Below the pieces are notes generated by a model that made no database searches, had not been told where the DNA came from, and saw nothing but the letters and a program-made list of their open reading frames with translations. From contig NZ_DATAJR010000006.1 of the NCBI RefSeq assembly GCF_036262015.1, forward strand, positions 22,955-86,954: a stretch of DNA of 64,000 nt, read 5' to 3'. This document shows positions 31,421 through 42,278 of the stretch, piece after piece. The stretch comes from Hyphomicrobium sp. (GTDB lineage: Bacteria > Pseudomonadota > Alphaproteobacteria > Rhizobiales > Hyphomicrobiaceae). Made by a program: the position numbers and the translations under genes. Each line of letters opens with the position of its first letter. Positions within the stretch are counted from its first letter, which is position 1.

Positions 31421-31987
31421 TTAGCGGTCGGCCCAGTGCTGGGCATACTCGGCGCCGCGAAGTTCGAATGCGTCCTCGATAACGTAGGGCCCACCTCCGA
31501 CTTTCGGCCGCGAGGAGAACAGGAAGAAGCGCTCCACCTGAAACGGCTTGCTGCGGAATGCGCCGAGCTCCTCGAGCACGCGTGCGACAGCCTCCGGCCG
31601 CGTGCCTTTGAGCCGCGCCATCGTCACATGAGGTTTGAAGCCATGCTTGTCGGGCGGTAGACCGGCACTCCGTGCCGCCCGCTCGTTGGCGCGTGCCAAG
31701 GCATCGAGCCAGGGATTGCTCTCGACGCCGGCCCACAAGGTGCGCGGCTGCTGCCCACCGAATGCGCCGAACCCTGAGATCGTGAGTTCGAACGCTGCTT
31801 CGTCGATGGTCGACAGCGCGGCGTGGAATTCATTGGCTGTCGGGTTGTCGATATCGCCCGCGAAGCGCAGCGTCAGGTGCATGTCCTGCGGCTCGATCCA
31901 TTTCGCGCCCGCGAGCGGCCTCGCGAGATCGGCGAGATGCTCGGTCAGTGCATCGGGCAGTTCGAGGCCGGTGAAGAGACGAGGCAT
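31421..31987 (-). CDS. thpR: RNA 2',3'-cyclic phosphodiesterase (2H phosphoesterase)
   Basis: MPRLF start and two HxT motifs (HLTLRF, PHVTMAR). Confidence 0.93.
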   Translation of the reverse strand: MPRLFTGLELPDALTEHLADLARPLAGAKWIEPQDMHLTLRFAGDIDNPTANEFHAALSTIDEAAFELTISGFGAFGGQQPRTLWAGVESNPWLDALARANERAARSAGLPPDKHGFKPHVTMARLKGTRPEAVARVLEELGAFRSKPFQVERFFLFSSRPKVGGGPYVIEDAFELRGAEYAQHWADR

Positions 31988-32005
31988 AGGCAACGATCCG
32001 GGCTT

Positions 32006-32704
32006 TTACGACTTCGAAAGCGCCGAACGGCGCTCGCGCACACGCGTGATCAACTCTTCGACTTTGGGCAGAATGCGCGCGACGATGACGCCAATGCCTT
32101 CCTCGGTCGGATGCATTCCGTCCGGCAGATTGAGTTTGGCATCGAGCGCTACGCCGTCGAGAAAGAAGGGATAAAGCAACGCGCCGTGTTTTTCGGCGAG
32201 GTCGCTGAAAATGGCTGCGAAGCGTGTTTCGTACTCTTTGCCCCAGTTCTTAGGCGCCTCCATGCCCGCAATGAGCACGACGATGTTCCGGCCCCGGAGC
32301 TTCGCGAGGATGGTGTCGAGGTTGCCGCGCGTTTCGTCAGGATCGATTCCGCGCAGCGCGTCGTTCGCGCCGAGCTCGACGATGACGGCCTCTGTTCCCT
32401 CAGGGATGGCCCAGTCGAACCGTTCGAGCCCGGCAGCGGTCGTGTCGCCGGACACGCCCGCGTTCGAGACGTCGACGGAATAGCCCTTGGCCTTGAGCGC
32501 CGCGGCGAGTTGCACTGGAAATGCGCCGTCTGGCTTCAGCATGTATCCGGCTGTCAGGCTGTCGCCCAAGGCCACGATCCGGATCGGCGCCGCATCGTCT
32601 GCCGCGTGCGCGGCGCCGAAGCCGACCAGGAGCCAGAGGTTGACGATCGCGATCAGTCTCACCATCTGACCCACGAAGGTCGAAGCACTTTGCTTTGCCT
32701 TCAT
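32006..32704 (-). CDS. tesA: Arylesterase/acyl-CoA thioesterase I (SGNH hydrolase)
   Basis: GDSLTAG, GVSGDTT, ELGANDALRG, DGMHP; signal peptide. Confidence 0.9.
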   Translation of the reverse strand: MKAKQSASTFVGQMVRLIAIVNLWLLVGFGAAHAADDAAPIRIVALGDSLTAGYMLKPDGAFPVQLAAALKAKGYSVDVSNAGVSGDTTAAGLERFDWAIPEGTEAVIVELGANDALRGIDPDETRGNLDTILAKLRGRNIVVLIAGMEAPKNWGKEYETRFAAIFSDLAEKHGALLYPFFLDGVALDAKLNLPDGMHPTEEGIGVIVARILPKVEELITRVRERRSALSKS

Positions 32705-32777
32705 TTTTTTGCCTCACCTCACCGCGACAGTTACCGGTCCGTTGAATCTCTCTAGCATTCGAGAGACACCGAGCCTG

Positions 32778-33488
32778 ATGGAGCCTCCCCAAGTGCCCGA
32801 GCCGATCATTCGCCTGACCGATGTCCGCCTCAACCTGGAGAGCAGGGCCGGTGTCGTCGAGATCCTGAAGGGCATTTCTCTGGAAGTCCCACGCGGGCAG
32901 TCAGTGGCCATTGTCGGACCGTCAGGGTCTGGGAAAACGTCGTTGCTCATGATCCTTGCCGGGCTCGAGCGAGCCACCAGTGGGGATGTGCACGTTGCAG
33001 GCCGCGATTTCAATGCCCTCGACGAGGATCAGATGGCACTCGCGCGCGGCGAGGACATCGGCATCGTATTTCAATCATTCCATCTTATCCCGACCATGAC
33101 GGCGCTCGAGAACGTAGCGCTTCCGCTGGAGTTCGCGGGCGCTGGTGACGCGCGGGAGCGCGCGCGAACCCTGCTGTCCGATGTCAGCCTCGCCCCACGC
33201 CTCGACCATTTTCCCGCGCAGCTTTCAGGCGGCGAGCAGCAGCGCGTGGCGCTCGCGCGCGCGCTTGCACCACAGCCGAAGCTGCTCTTGGCGGATGAAC
33301 CCACCGGCAATCTCGATGGCAGGACCGGGCGTCAGGTCGTTGACCTTCTCTTCGGCATGAAGCGCAAGAGTGGCGCGACACTGGTTCTCGTCACACACGA
33401 CGAACGGCTCGCCAGGGAGTGCGAGCGCACGATCCGCATGGCGGATGGACAAATCGTGGCGGATGAACAGGCTGTGGTGGCCGCATGA
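32778..33488 (+). CDS. ABC transporter ATP-binding protein (YbbA-like)
   Basis: [26 protein letters not shown]; divergent from tesA. Confidence 0.92.
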   Translation: MEPPQVPEPIIRLTDVRLNLESRAGVVEILKGISLEVPRGQSVAIVGPSGSGKTSLLMILAGLERATSGDVHVAGRDFNALDEDQMALARGEDIGIVFQSFHLIPTMTALENVALPLEFAGAGDARERARTLLSDVSLAPRLDHFPAQLSGGEQQRVALARALAPQPKLLLADEPTGNLDGRTGRQVVDLLFGMKRKSGATLVLVTHDERLARECERTIRMADGQIVADEQAVVAA

Positions 33489-36067
33489 CCGCAACGGATC
33501 TGGCAACAACTGCGCCCGTCGCGCGGACAGGTCTGCGCTTGCCGCGACTCTTCGGCATTGCCTTGCGCGAGTTGCGCGCGGGCCTCAATGGCTTCTACAT
33601 CTTCATGGCCTGCGTCGCGCTCGGCGTGGCTGTGATTGCAACCGTGAGTACGCTCTCCGATGCGCTGCGCGCAGGATTCGAGCGCCAGGGCGAGATGATC
33701 CTCGGCGGCGACGTGACGTTCTCTCGTATGCACGCGCGCGCGACGGATGCCGAACGGAACTGGTTTCAAGCGCGCGGGCGCGTTAGCGAAACGGCCACGA
33801 TGCGCACCATGGCGCGGACGCTCGATGGCAACGAGCAGGCGCTCATCGAGATCAAGGGCGTTGACGCCGCCTATCCGCTCGCCGGAACCGTGGACGTCGA
33901 GGGGATGCCGTTCGCGGACGCCATGACGTCCGATGGGGGTGTCGTCGTCACACCTGTTCTCTTGAATCAGCTTGGCGTGAAGGTCGGCGATAAGATTCGC
34001 ATCGGCGACGCTGAAGCCACCATCCGCGCGACGTTGATCAACGAACCCGATGCCGTCGCCGACCGGCTGACCTATGGACCGCGCGTATTTGCCTCTCTGG
34101 CCACGCTCGACAAGACTGGTTTGGTGCAGCCTGGCACGCTTATTCGCTGGCGCTACGCGCTGAAGCTTCCTCCGGAAGTAGGCGCCGGGCGCGACGACCT
34201 GGCTGCCTTTCGCACTACGGCGAAATCGCAGCTCGAGACGTCGGGCTTCATCATTGCCGATCGCCGTGACCCGTCTCCCCAGGTTACGCGCACGCTTGAC
34301 CGGCTCCGCCAATTCCTGACGTTTCTGGGACTAGCTGCCTTGCTCGTCGGCGGCGTCGGCATCGCCAGCGCAGTCGCGACGTTCATCGATCGCCGCCGCA
34401 ACGTTATCGCCACGATGAAAACGGTGGGCGCGACCAGCCGAACGGTTCTGCTCATCTTTCTGATACAAGTGTTGGCCATTTCGCTGATCGGCGTCGTCGT
34501 CGGTTTGGCGATCGGCCTGTCGGCGCCACGCTTCTTGATTGCGTTCTACGGGGATGCGCTGCCTATCAAGGCGGAACTCGCCTATTCGCTCGGCAGTATC
34601 GTGACCAGCGCGACCTACGGCCTGCTTGTCGCGCTTCTCTTTACGTTGTGGCCCTTGGGTCGCGCAGAGCTCATCAAGCCGAGCGTTCTCTTCCGTGATG
34701 AGATCGCACCGGAACGCGTCTGGCCGCGCCGTGGAATTATTGCGCTCACCGCGGTGATTGCCGCGGCGCTCCTCGGGTTCGTGCTGATGATGGCTGAGTC
34801 CATGCGCATCGCGCTCTATTTCTGCGGCGCGCTCATTCTCGTGTTCCTGGTTTTCACGGCACTCGGGTCTGTCGTCACGTGGGGCGCGCGTCGCATCGCG
34901 CGGCCCAAGTGGCCGGAATTGGCGCTCGCCATCGGCAATATTGGAGCGCCCGGTGGTCTCACACGCTCCGTTGTTGTCTCGCTCGGTGCGGGCCTGTCCT
35001 TGCTCGTGGCCGTGGCGCTCGCGGATGCGTCGCTCGTGCAAGAGCTGACCGGCCGCCTCCCGCAGAAAGCACCGAGCTATTTCTTGCTCGATGTGCCGAA
35101 GAACGAGGCCGACGATCTCGCCAAGATCGTGGAGCGCGAAGCGCCAGGCACGCACCTCGTCAACGCGCCGATGCTGCGCGGCCGGCTGGTCGAGCTGAAG
35201 GGCCGAAAGGCCGAAGAATTCAAGCCGCCCCCCGAAGCGCAATGGGTGCTGAATGGCGATCGAGGGCTCACCTATTCCGACACGCTCCCCGAAGGCTCGA
35301 CCCTCGTCGAGGGCGACTGGTGGCCGGCGGACTATTCCGGCGAGCCCCTCGTATCCTTCGAACGCGACCTTGCGCACCACCTTGGCCTCAAGATCGGAGA
35401 CCAGGTCACAGTCAATGTGCTGGGCCGCAATCTCACGGCCCGCATCGCCAATCTGCGGGAGGTGAAATGGGAAAGCCTGACCCTCAACTTCGTCCTCGTC
35501 TTTTCATCCAATGCGTTGAAGAGTGCCCCGCATAAGCTGCTGGCGACGGTCAGCCTGCCCGAAGGCACCTCGCTCGACACGGAGGCCCGGATCGGTCGCG
35601 CGGTCGGCAAGGCGTTTCCATCCGTCACGGTCATCCGCGTGAAGGATGCGCTCAACGCCGCGACCGAGATTCTGACGAAGGTCATGGTGGCCGTGCGCGT
35701 TGCGGGCGCCGTGACACTGATTGCCGGTGCGCTTGTTCTTGCCGGGGCCCTCGCCACGGCTCAGCGCCGCCGCATTCTCGAAGCCGTCGTCCTGAAGGTG
35801 CTCGGAGCGACGCGACGCAGGATTCTGATGACGCACTTCATCGAGTACACGCTGCTTGCCACCGTGGCCGCACTATTCGCTGCGGTGCTCGGCGCCCTCG
35901 CCGCCTGGGTCGGTGTCACGGAGGTGATGAAGATCCCCTTCACCTTCAGCGTCGAAGCGGTCTTGCGTGCGCTCGCCCTCGCGATCGGCCTCGTCCTTCT
36001 GTTCGGTTCCTTAGGGACGTGGGCAGCGCTGCGCGCCAAGCCGGCGGCTACCCTCAGATCTGAATAG
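33485..36067 (+). CDS. FtsX-like double-domain ABC permease (YbbP-like)
   Basis: 860 aa, two large periplasmic domains with TM blocks, MKTVGA and LKVLGA motifs; ATGA overlap with the ATPase gene. Confidence 0.9.
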   Translation: MTATDLATTAPVARTGLRLPRLFGIALRELRAGLNGFYIFMACVALGVAVIATVSTLSDALRAGFERQGEMILGGDVTFSRMHARATDAERNWFQARGRVSETATMRTMARTLDGNEQALIEIKGVDAAYPLAGTVDVEGMPFADAMTSDGGVVVTPVLLNQLGVKVGDKIRIGDAEATIRATLINEPDAVADRLTYGPRVFASLATLDKTGLVQPGTLIRWRYALKLPPEVGAGRDDLAAFRTTAKSQLETSGFIIADRRDPSPQVTRTLDRLRQFLTFLGLAALLVGGVGIASAVATFIDRRRNVIATMKTVGATSRTVLLIFLIQVLAISLIGVVVGLAIGLSAPRFLIAFYGDALPIKAELAYSLGSIVTSATYGLLVALLFTLWPLGRAELIKPSVLFRDEIAPERVWPRRGIIALTAVIAAALLGFVLMMAESMRIALYFCGALILVFLVFTALGSVVTWGARRIARPKWPELALAIGNIGAPGGLTRSVVVSLGAGLSLLVAVALADASLVQELTGRLPQKAPSYFLLDVPKNEADDLAKIVEREAPGTHLVNAPMLRGRLVELKGRKAEEFKPPPEAQWVLNGDRGLTYSDTLPEGSTLVEGDWWPADYSGEPLVSFERDLAHHLGLKIGDQVTVNVLGRNLTARIANLREVKWESLTLNFVLVFSSNALKSAPHKLLATVSLPEGTSLDTEARIGRAVGKAFPSVTVIRVKDALNAATEILTKVMVAVRVAGAVTLIAGALVLAGALATAQRRRILEAVVLKVLGATRRRILMTHFIEYTLLATVAALFAAVLGALAAWVGVTEVMKIPFTFSVEAVLRALALAIGLVLLFGSLGTWAALRAKPAATLRSE

Positions 36068-36183
36068 GAAATTTGGCTTCGCTAATCTTAGCCATACGTA
36101 AATATACATCAGTATTGAGGTACGTTTTACCAGAGCGGCGAGATTAACATTCTGGCCGAATTGGCTTATATATGGAATTACGT

Positions 36184-36243
36184 GCCCGGCATGCAGGAAC
36201 CCGTCCTTGAAAGGAGGGTGTCCTGACCCAATATGCCTGGGGC
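36184..36243 (+). ncRNA. Structured 5' leader of the BI-1/YbhL gene, probable ybhL leader
   Basis: Nested hairpin GCCCGGCAT..CAGGA-ACCC-G-TCCT[TGAA]AGGA-GGGT..TCCTG..ATGCCTGGGGC upstream of a YbhL-family gene; a ybhL leader motif is known upstream of this family in alphaproteobacteria. No covariance model run. Confidence 0.55.
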
Positions 36244-36286
36244 AAATTCAGTTTGCGCTAGAAGTCTTTAAGGGGACTCACACACG

Positions 36287-37060
36287 ATGGCACAGTTTGA
36301 CAGCAGATACACGCAATCGACGACCGTCGGCCGCGCCGACGTCGACGAAGGTCTGCGCGCATACATGCTGGGCGTCTATAATTACATGGCGGCTGGCGTC
36401 GCGCTGACCGGCATCGTCGCCTATCTCGTTTTCTCGATGGCCGTCACCAACGACGCTGCCTCCGCCGCCGCAACGCTACCCAACGGCAAGATGCTGACGT
36501 CCTTCGGCGTCGCGATCTTCACCAGCCCGCTGAAGTGGGTCCTGTTCTTCGCGCCGCTCGCCTTTGTCTTCTTCTTCGCTTTCAAGGCGAACAGCATGAG
36601 CGTTGGCGCTGCCCAGACCTCGTTCTGGATCTACGCCGCTCTTGTCGGTGCGTCTTTGTCGTCGATCCTGCTGGTCTTCACCAGCACGTCGATCGCCAAC
36701 GTCTTCTTCATCTCGGCGGCAACGTTCGCGAGCCTCTCGATCTGGGGCTACACCACGAAGCGTGACATCTCCGGTTGGGGCTCGTTCCTCTTTATGGGCT
36801 TGATCGGCGTCATCATCGCCAGCCTCGTGAACCTCTTCACGCAGTCGAGCGCGATGAGCTTCGCGATCTCTGTGATCGGCGTGCTCGTGTTCGCGGGCTT
36901 CACGGCCTACGACACGCAGCGCATCAAGGACACCTACTTCGAGGTCGCCGGCAACGCCGAAGCGGCTGCCAAGGCTTCGATCTTCGGCGCCCTGTCGCTG
37001 TACCAGGACTTCGTTGGCCTCTTCGTCAACCTGCTCCAGCTTATGGGTAGCCGCGAGTAG
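36287..37060 (+). CDS. Bax inhibitor-1/YccA (YbhL) family membrane protein
   Basis: GLRAYMLGVYNYM, WGYTTKRD, AYDTQRIK, GALSLYQDF. Confidence 0.94.
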   Translation: MAQFDSRYTQSTTVGRADVDEGLRAYMLGVYNYMAAGVALTGIVAYLVFSMAVTNDAASAAATLPNGKMLTSFGVAIFTSPLKWVLFFAPLAFVFFFAFKANSMSVGAAQTSFWIYAALVGASLSSILLVFTSTSIANVFFISAATFASLSIWGYTTKRDISGWGSFLFMGLIGVIIASLVNLFTQSSAMSFAISVIGVLVFAGFTAYDTQRIKDTYFEVAGNAEAAAKASIFGALSLYQDFVGLFVNLLQLMGSRE

Positions 37061-37090
37061 GGCAGAAACACCGACGTGACCTAAACGTGC

Positions 37091-37120
37091 GAAGGGCCCC
37101 GCTGCAAGGCGGGGCCCTTT
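37091..37120. terminator. Bidirectional intrinsic terminator
   Basis: AAGGGCCCCGC-N6-GCGGGGCCCTT between convergent genes. Confidence 0.8.
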
Positions 37121-37147
37121 CGATTTGTTGGCGACGCGTCTTCAACT

Positions 37148-37537
37148 TCAATGGCCGAACTTCACGCTCTCGCAGGCAAGCAGCACGCGCGCCAGCTCGT
37201 GCCCGCGCTTTAAGATTGCTCCGCTCCTGAGCACAACACTGTAGGCGCCCTGGCGACGTGCAAGCCGCGGGCACTTCTCGACGCGGAACAGTGGGTACTC
37301 GGACGCCCGCTGGAAGATCGCGAACACGGCCTTGTCGCGTCCCATCTCCAGCGCGTAGTCGCGCCATTCGCCCGCTGCCACCTTGCGGGCGTACACGGCA
37401 AGAATGGCATCCAGCTCGGCGCGATTGAACGCGACGACCGGAGCGATGCGAGCAGAATTGGAATTGAGGTGTGTGGATGTGCGTGAATGAGAGCCGGCCT
37501 CACGCGGGCGGAAACGTATCGGATCGGATTCGCTCAA
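37148..37537 (-). CDS. DUF2794 protein
   Basis: FNRAELDAILAVYARKVAAGEWRDYAL, EYPLFRVEK, ILKRGHEL. Confidence 0.9.
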   Translation of the reverse strand: MSESDPIRFRPREAGSHSRTSTHLNSNSARIAPVVAFNRAELDAILAVYARKVAAGEWRDYALEMGRDKAVFAIFQRASEYPLFRVEKCPRLARRQGAYSVVLRSGAILKRGHELARVLLACESVKFGH

Positions 37538-37669
37538 AGCGCGCCTCCCTTCAGCCGTGGAAGCATGATCGCGCTGGTTCGTCGGATTTTCAAGCCGTTC
37601 CGCGTCGAGATTTCACACCACTGCCACAAAGCGTCCTTTGGCAAGCCCCATTGATGGGTAGGATCATGT

Positions 37670-38008
37670 TCAGCGTCTGGCCCGGTCCATCCCCCGCTTC
37701 GGATTAATGCCCCAAGCCCCCATCCGCAGCGAATCTCCCTGGACCGGGCCATTTCCTTTTCCCACACGACGCGATCCCAGCACCCCCAGAAATTCCTTCG
37801 TGCCGCCGGATTGGCGACGCCATGCGGCCCCGCGTCCGCCCAGAATCGCGTCCAGACTCTGTCGCGTTGACCACCTGCGCGGCTGTCGTGGCTGATCGGA
37901 CCTCCCGAGCCCCCAGTCTGATTGGGTCTCGGCAGCCGGGTGGGCAACGCCTCTAAACTGCTCTCTCGTCTCGGCAAAGGGCTGGCGCCAAGTCGGCCCT
38001 TTGTTTTT
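37670..38008 (+). ncRNA. Candidate structured sRNA or leader ending in an intrinsic terminator
   Basis: 12-bp stem 37678-37689/37740-37751 with C-rich inner loop; further hairpin near 37905-37932; terminator at 37975-38008. Start is an estimate. Confidence 0.4.
37975..38008 (+). terminator. Intrinsic terminator 54 nt upstream of dcp
   Basis: CAAAGGGCTGGC-GCCAA-GTCGGCCCTTTG followed by TTTTT. Confidence 0.75.
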
Positions 38009-38062
38009 GTCCGCACAATCCGCTATCGATTCGCCCTCCAAAGTTTCGAGAGAGGACCGGAT

Positions 38063-40138
38063 ATGGCGACGAAGGCACGCAAAACCAAAAGCGAAGCCGC
38101 AAAACGCCCGCAAAATCCCCTGCTCGCCCCGTGGCGCACTCCCTTCAAGGCGCCGCCTTTCAAGGCGATTGAGCCGAAGCGTTTCAAGCCTGCGTTCGAT
38201 CTCGCGCTGAAGACTCACAAGCAGGAAATCGCCGAAATCGCCGGCAAGGAGCAGAGGCCGACGTTTGCCAATACGATCGTTGCGCTCGAGAAAAGCGGCG
38301 TACTGTTGAGCAAAGTGGCGGATGTCTTCTTCAATCTCGCGAGCGCCGACACCAACGATGCGCTGCAGGCCATTGAACGCGATATCTCTCCCCGCCTCGC
38401 GCAGCATCAAAGCGCAATCCTGCTCAACCGGCGCCTGTTCCTGCGCATCGCCGACCTCCACGAGCGGCGCGATGAGCTCGGTCTCGACGCCGAGTCGGTC
38501 CGTCTTCTCGAGCGGACCTACAAAGGGTTCGTGCGCGCCGGCGCCAAGCTCGATGCCAAGTCGCGCAAGCGCGTTTCCGAAATCAATACGGAGCTGGCCA
38601 AGCTGGGAACGGCCTTCACGCAGAACGTGCTCGCCGATGAGCAGGCGTGGCACATGATGCTGGATGGCGAACGGGATCTAGAAGGCCTGCCGGAGAGCGT
38701 TCGCGCCGCGGCAGCTCAGGCCGCCACCGATCTCGGGAAGCCCGGCCAGTATGCGATCACGCTCGCCCGCTCCAGCGTGGAGTCGTTCCTGCAGTTCTCG
38801 GCCCGGCGCGACTTGCGTGAGGAGGCCTGGAAAGCCTGGATCAAACGCGGCGAGCTCGGCGGCAAGACCGACAACCGGAAGATCGTCGTCGAGATGATAA
38901 AGCTTCGGAGCGAGCTCGCGCGGCTCCTCGGCTTCGAGACCTTCGCCGACTATGTGCTCGAGGACACTATGGCCAAGACGCCAGCCGGCGTCCGCACGCT
39001 TCTCGACAAGGTCTGGCCCGCGGCCCTCCGCAGCGCCCGCGCTGAGCGGGATGCGCTCGAAAAACGTGCCCGCGCCGGCGGTGAGAACTTCAAGATCGCC
39101 GCCTGGGATTGGCGCTATTACGCCGAGAAGGAGCGCAAGGCGCGTTACGACCTCGACGAGGGTGAGGTGCGCTCCTACCTTGCGCTCGAAAATGTGCTCG
39201 AAGCCGCCTTCGACACGGCAGGAAAGCTGTTCGGAATCGTATTCGAGGAGCGGCCGGATGTGCCGGTCTACCATCCGGACGTGCGCGCCTGGGAGGTGAA
39301 AACGAAGGCGGGCGATCATGTCGGCTTGTTCTATGGCGACTACTACGCACGGCCTTCCAAGCGCTCGGGCGCCTGGATGTCGTCCTATCGCGGCCAGCAC
39401 AAGCTCACCGGCAGCATCCGGCCCATCGTCGTCAACGTGATGAGTGTTGCGCGCGGCGCAACCGGCACGCCGACGCTCCTGTCGTTCGATGATGCGCGCA
39501 CGCTGTTCCACGAGTTGGGCCACGGCCTGCATGGCCTGTTGTCGGATGTTACCTACCCGTCTCTTGCCATGACGAATGTGCTGCACGATTTCGTCGAGCT
39601 GCCATCCCAGCTTTACGAGCACTGGCTGTCGCGGCCTGAGGTACTGAAGCGCTTTGCGCTCCACGAAAAGACCGGAAAGCCGATGCCCGAGCGCCTGCTC
39701 AAGCAGCTCGAAGCCGCGCGCACGTTCAATCAGGGTTTCCAGACGGTGGAGTACACGGCCTCCACGCTGCTCGATCTTGAGCTGCATTCTCTCAACGATG
39801 CGTCGGGGTTGGATGTCGACTCGTTTGAAAGCGAGGTGCTGGCCCGCATCGGGATGCCGGCCGAGATCGTGCCACGCCATCGCATCCCGCATTTCCAGCA
39901 CATCATCGGTGGCTATGCGGCCGGCTACTACAGCTACCTCTGGTCCGAGGTGATGGACGCCGACGCCTTCGCCGCCTTCACGGAGACGGGCAACATCTTC
40001 GACAAGAAGACGGCAAACAGGCTCAAGACGCACATCTATTCGGCAGGTGGACGGCAGGATGCGCTGGACGCCTACATCTCGTTCCGGGGCCGTGCGCCGG
40101 AGATCGACGGGCTTCTCCGCAAGCGCGGCTTGGAATAG
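38063..40138 (+). CDS. dcp: M3 family metallopeptidase (peptidyl-dipeptidase Dcp)
   Basis: HELGHGLH zinc motif, DFVELPSQ, YAAGYYSYLWSE, KRSGAWM. Confidence 0.93.
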   Translation: MATKARKTKSEAAKRPQNPLLAPWRTPFKAPPFKAIEPKRFKPAFDLALKTHKQEIAEIAGKEQRPTFANTIVALEKSGVLLSKVADVFFNLASADTNDALQAIERDISPRLAQHQSAILLNRRLFLRIADLHERRDELGLDAESVRLLERTYKGFVRAGAKLDAKSRKRVSEINTELAKLGTAFTQNVLADEQAWHMMLDGERDLEGLPESVRAAAAQAATDLGKPGQYAITLARSSVESFLQFSARRDLREEAWKAWIKRGELGGKTDNRKIVVEMIKLRSELARLLGFETFADYVLEDTMAKTPAGVRTLLDKVWPAALRSARAERDALEKRARAGGENFKIAAWDWRYYAEKERKARYDLDEGEVRSYLALENVLEAAFDTAGKLFGIVFEERPDVPVYHPDVRAWEVKTKAGDHVGLFYGDYYARPSKRSGAWMSSYRGQHKLTGSIRPIVVNVMSVARGATGTPTLLSFDDARTLFHELGHGLHGLLSDVTYPSLAMTNVLHDFVELPSQLYEHWLSRPEVLKRFALHEKTGKPMPERLLKQLEAARTFNQGFQTVEYTASTLLDLELHSLNDASGLDVDSFESEVLARIGMPAEIVPRHRIPHFQHIIGGYAAGYYSYLWSEVMDADAFAAFTETGNIFDKKTANRLKTHIYSAGGRQDALDAYISFRGRAPEIDGLLRKRGLE

Positions 40139-40153
40139 TGGTCCCCCACCGAC

Positions 40154-40181
40154 GTGATGGCCGGGCTTGACCCGGCCATCC
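40154..40181. repeat. REP-like palindrome, copy 2
   Basis: GATGGCCGGG-CTTGA-CCCGGCCATC between convergent dcp and acs. Confidence 0.78.
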
Positions 40182-40208
40182 AGTGATGTTGAGAGGCGAG
40201 TGCCGCGT

Positions 40209-42149
40209 CTACCCCGCCTTGCGGTTCTGGATCAGGTCATCCACGACCGAGGGATCGGCAAGCGTTGATGTGTCACCGAGGCTCCCGAACTCGTTCTCGG
40301 CGATCTTGCGCAGGATTCGGCGCATGATCTTGCCCGAGCGGGTCTTCGGCAATCCCGGAGCGAACTGGATGACGTCCGGGGATGCGATGGGCCCAATCTC
40401 GCGGCGCACGTGCTGCACGAGTTCCTTGCGCAGCTCGTCCGAGGGAGCTTCGCCCGCATTCAGCGTCACGTAGCAATAGATGCCCTGACCCTTGAGATCG
40501 TGCGGGTAGCCGACGACGGCCGCTTCCGCGACCTTGGGATGACCCACGAGAGCGCTCTCCACTTCGGCCGTCCCCATCCGATGGCCGGACACATTGATCA
40601 CGTCGTCGACGCGTCCGGTGATCCAGTAGTAGCCGTCCTCGTCGCGCCGGCAGCCGTCGCCGGTGAAATAGGTTCCCGGATAGGTGCTGAAGTACGTCTG
40701 CACGAAGCGCTCGTGGTCTCCGAACAGCGTGCGGGCTTGGCCCGGCCAGCTGTCCAGAATGACGAGATTGCCTTGCTCGGCGCCTTCCAGAATATTGCCC
40801 TTGTCGTCGACGAGAGCGGGCTGGACGCCGAAAAACGGCCGGGTCGCCGATCCTGGTTTCAAGGCGGTCGCACCGGGGAGAGGCGTGATGAGAATGCCGC
40901 CGGTCTCCGTCTGCCACCATGTGTCGACGATCGGGCACCGGTGCTCACCAACCACGCGGTTATACCATTCCCAGGCCTCTGGATTGATCGGCTCGCCGAC
41001 ACTGCCGAGAAGACGCAGCGAGGACCGGTTGGTCCGTTTCACGAAATCGTCGCCGGCGCCCATGAGCGAGCGGATCGCCGTCGGCGCCGTGTAGAACGTG
41101 TTGACCTTCCACTTGTCCACGACATCCCAGAAGCGCGAGGCGCTTGGATAGGTCGGTACACCCTCGAACATGAGCGTCGTCGCGCCGTTCGCGAGCGGCC
41201 CGTAGACGATGTAGCTGTGGCCCGTGACCCAGCCCACGTCCGCCGTGCACCAGTAGACATCGCCCTGGTGATAGTCGAAGACGTATTGATGCGTCATCGA
41301 CGCGAACAAGAGGTAGCCGCCCGTCGTATGCACGACGCCTTTGGGTTTTCCGGTCGATCCGGAGGTGTAGAGGATAAACAGCGGATCCTCGGCATTGACT
41401 TCAACCGGCGGACAATCGGCTGAAACCTTTTCGAGTTCCTCGTGCATCCAGAGATCGCGGCCGCCGGTCCATGGTACGGGCGAGCCGGTACGGCGCACGA
41501 CCAGCACCTTTTCATCGCCCTTGGCGCGTTTCTTTAAGGCTTCATCGGTGTTCTTTTTGAGCGGAACGGGCTTGCCGCCGCGAAGGCCCTCGTCGGATGT
41601 GATGATGATTTTCGACCCGGCGTCCTCGATGCGATCCGCGAGGCTGTCCGGAGAAAATCCAGCGAATACGATCGAGTGGACGGCGCCGATGCGCGCGCAG
41701 GCCAACATGGCGTACGCAGCCTCGGGGATCATCGGCAAATAGAGCGTGACGCGGTCGCCTTTGGCGACCCCATGAGCCTTGAGCACGTTGGCGAATTTCG
41801 ACACGCGCTCGTGAAGCTGGCGATACGTAATCGTCTGATCTTCGGTGGGGTCGTCACCTTCCCAGATGATGGCGACCTGATCGCCACGCGTTTCGAGATG
41901 GCGGTCGATACAGTTGGCAGCCAAGTTCAGCGTGCCGTCCTCGAACCACTTGATCGAGACGTCACCCGGTCCAAAGTTCGTATTCTTCACTTTGGTATAA
42001 GGTTTGATCCAATCGATCCGGAGGCCATTCTCGGCCCAGAACCCTTCGGGGTCTTTGACGGACTGTTCGTAGAGGGCGCGGTATTTCGCATCATCGAGCC
42101 AAGCGCGGCTCGCCCACTCGGGCGTAACAGGATACGCCTTATCTGACAT
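40209..42149 (-). CDS. acs: Acetyl-CoA synthetase
   Basis: [35 protein letters not shown]. Confidence 0.98.
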   Translation of the reverse strand: MSDKAYPVTPEWASRAWLDDAKYRALYEQSVKDPEGFWAENGLRIDWIKPYTKVKNTNFGPGDVSIKWFEDGTLNLAANCIDRHLETRGDQVAIIWEGDDPTEDQTITYRQLHERVSKFANVLKAHGVAKGDRVTLYLPMIPEAAYAMLACARIGAVHSIVFAGFSPDSLADRIEDAGSKIIITSDEGLRGGKPVPLKKNTDEALKKRAKGDEKVLVVRRTGSPVPWTGGRDLWMHEELEKVSADCPPVEVNAEDPLFILYTSGSTGKPKGVVHTTGGYLLFASMTHQYVFDYHQGDVYWCTADVGWVTGHSYIVYGPLANGATTLMFEGVPTYPSASRFWDVVDKWKVNTFYTAPTAIRSLMGAGDDFVKRTNRSSLRLLGSVGEPINPEAWEWYNRVVGEHRCPIVDTWWQTETGGILITPLPGATALKPGSATRPFFGVQPALVDDKGNILEGAEQGNLVILDSWPGQARTLFGDHERFVQTYFSTYPGTYFTGDGCRRDEDGYYWITGRVDDVINVSGHRMGTAEVESALVGHPKVAEAAVVGYPHDLKGQGIYCYVTLNAGEAPSDELRKELVQHVRREIGPIASPDVIQFAPGLPKTRSGKIMRRILRKIAENEFGSLGDTSTLADPSVVDDLIQNRKAG

Positions 42150-42278
42150 CCTTAACTCCTCCCGGAAATCTGGCTTCTTCTTGTAGCGGCCATTATGGGC
42201 ACTCGCGACGCGAGCGACAACTTCCCCCTTGGTCGAAGGCGATACGGCCTACCTGGACGTGCTCTCGAGAGAGACCGG

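Noticed and set aside
37670-38008. RNase P RNA, tmRNA or 6S RNA
   Set aside because: No GAGGAAAGTCC core, no tRNA-like ends or tag peptide and no 6S-type long central-bulge hairpin seen on either strand.
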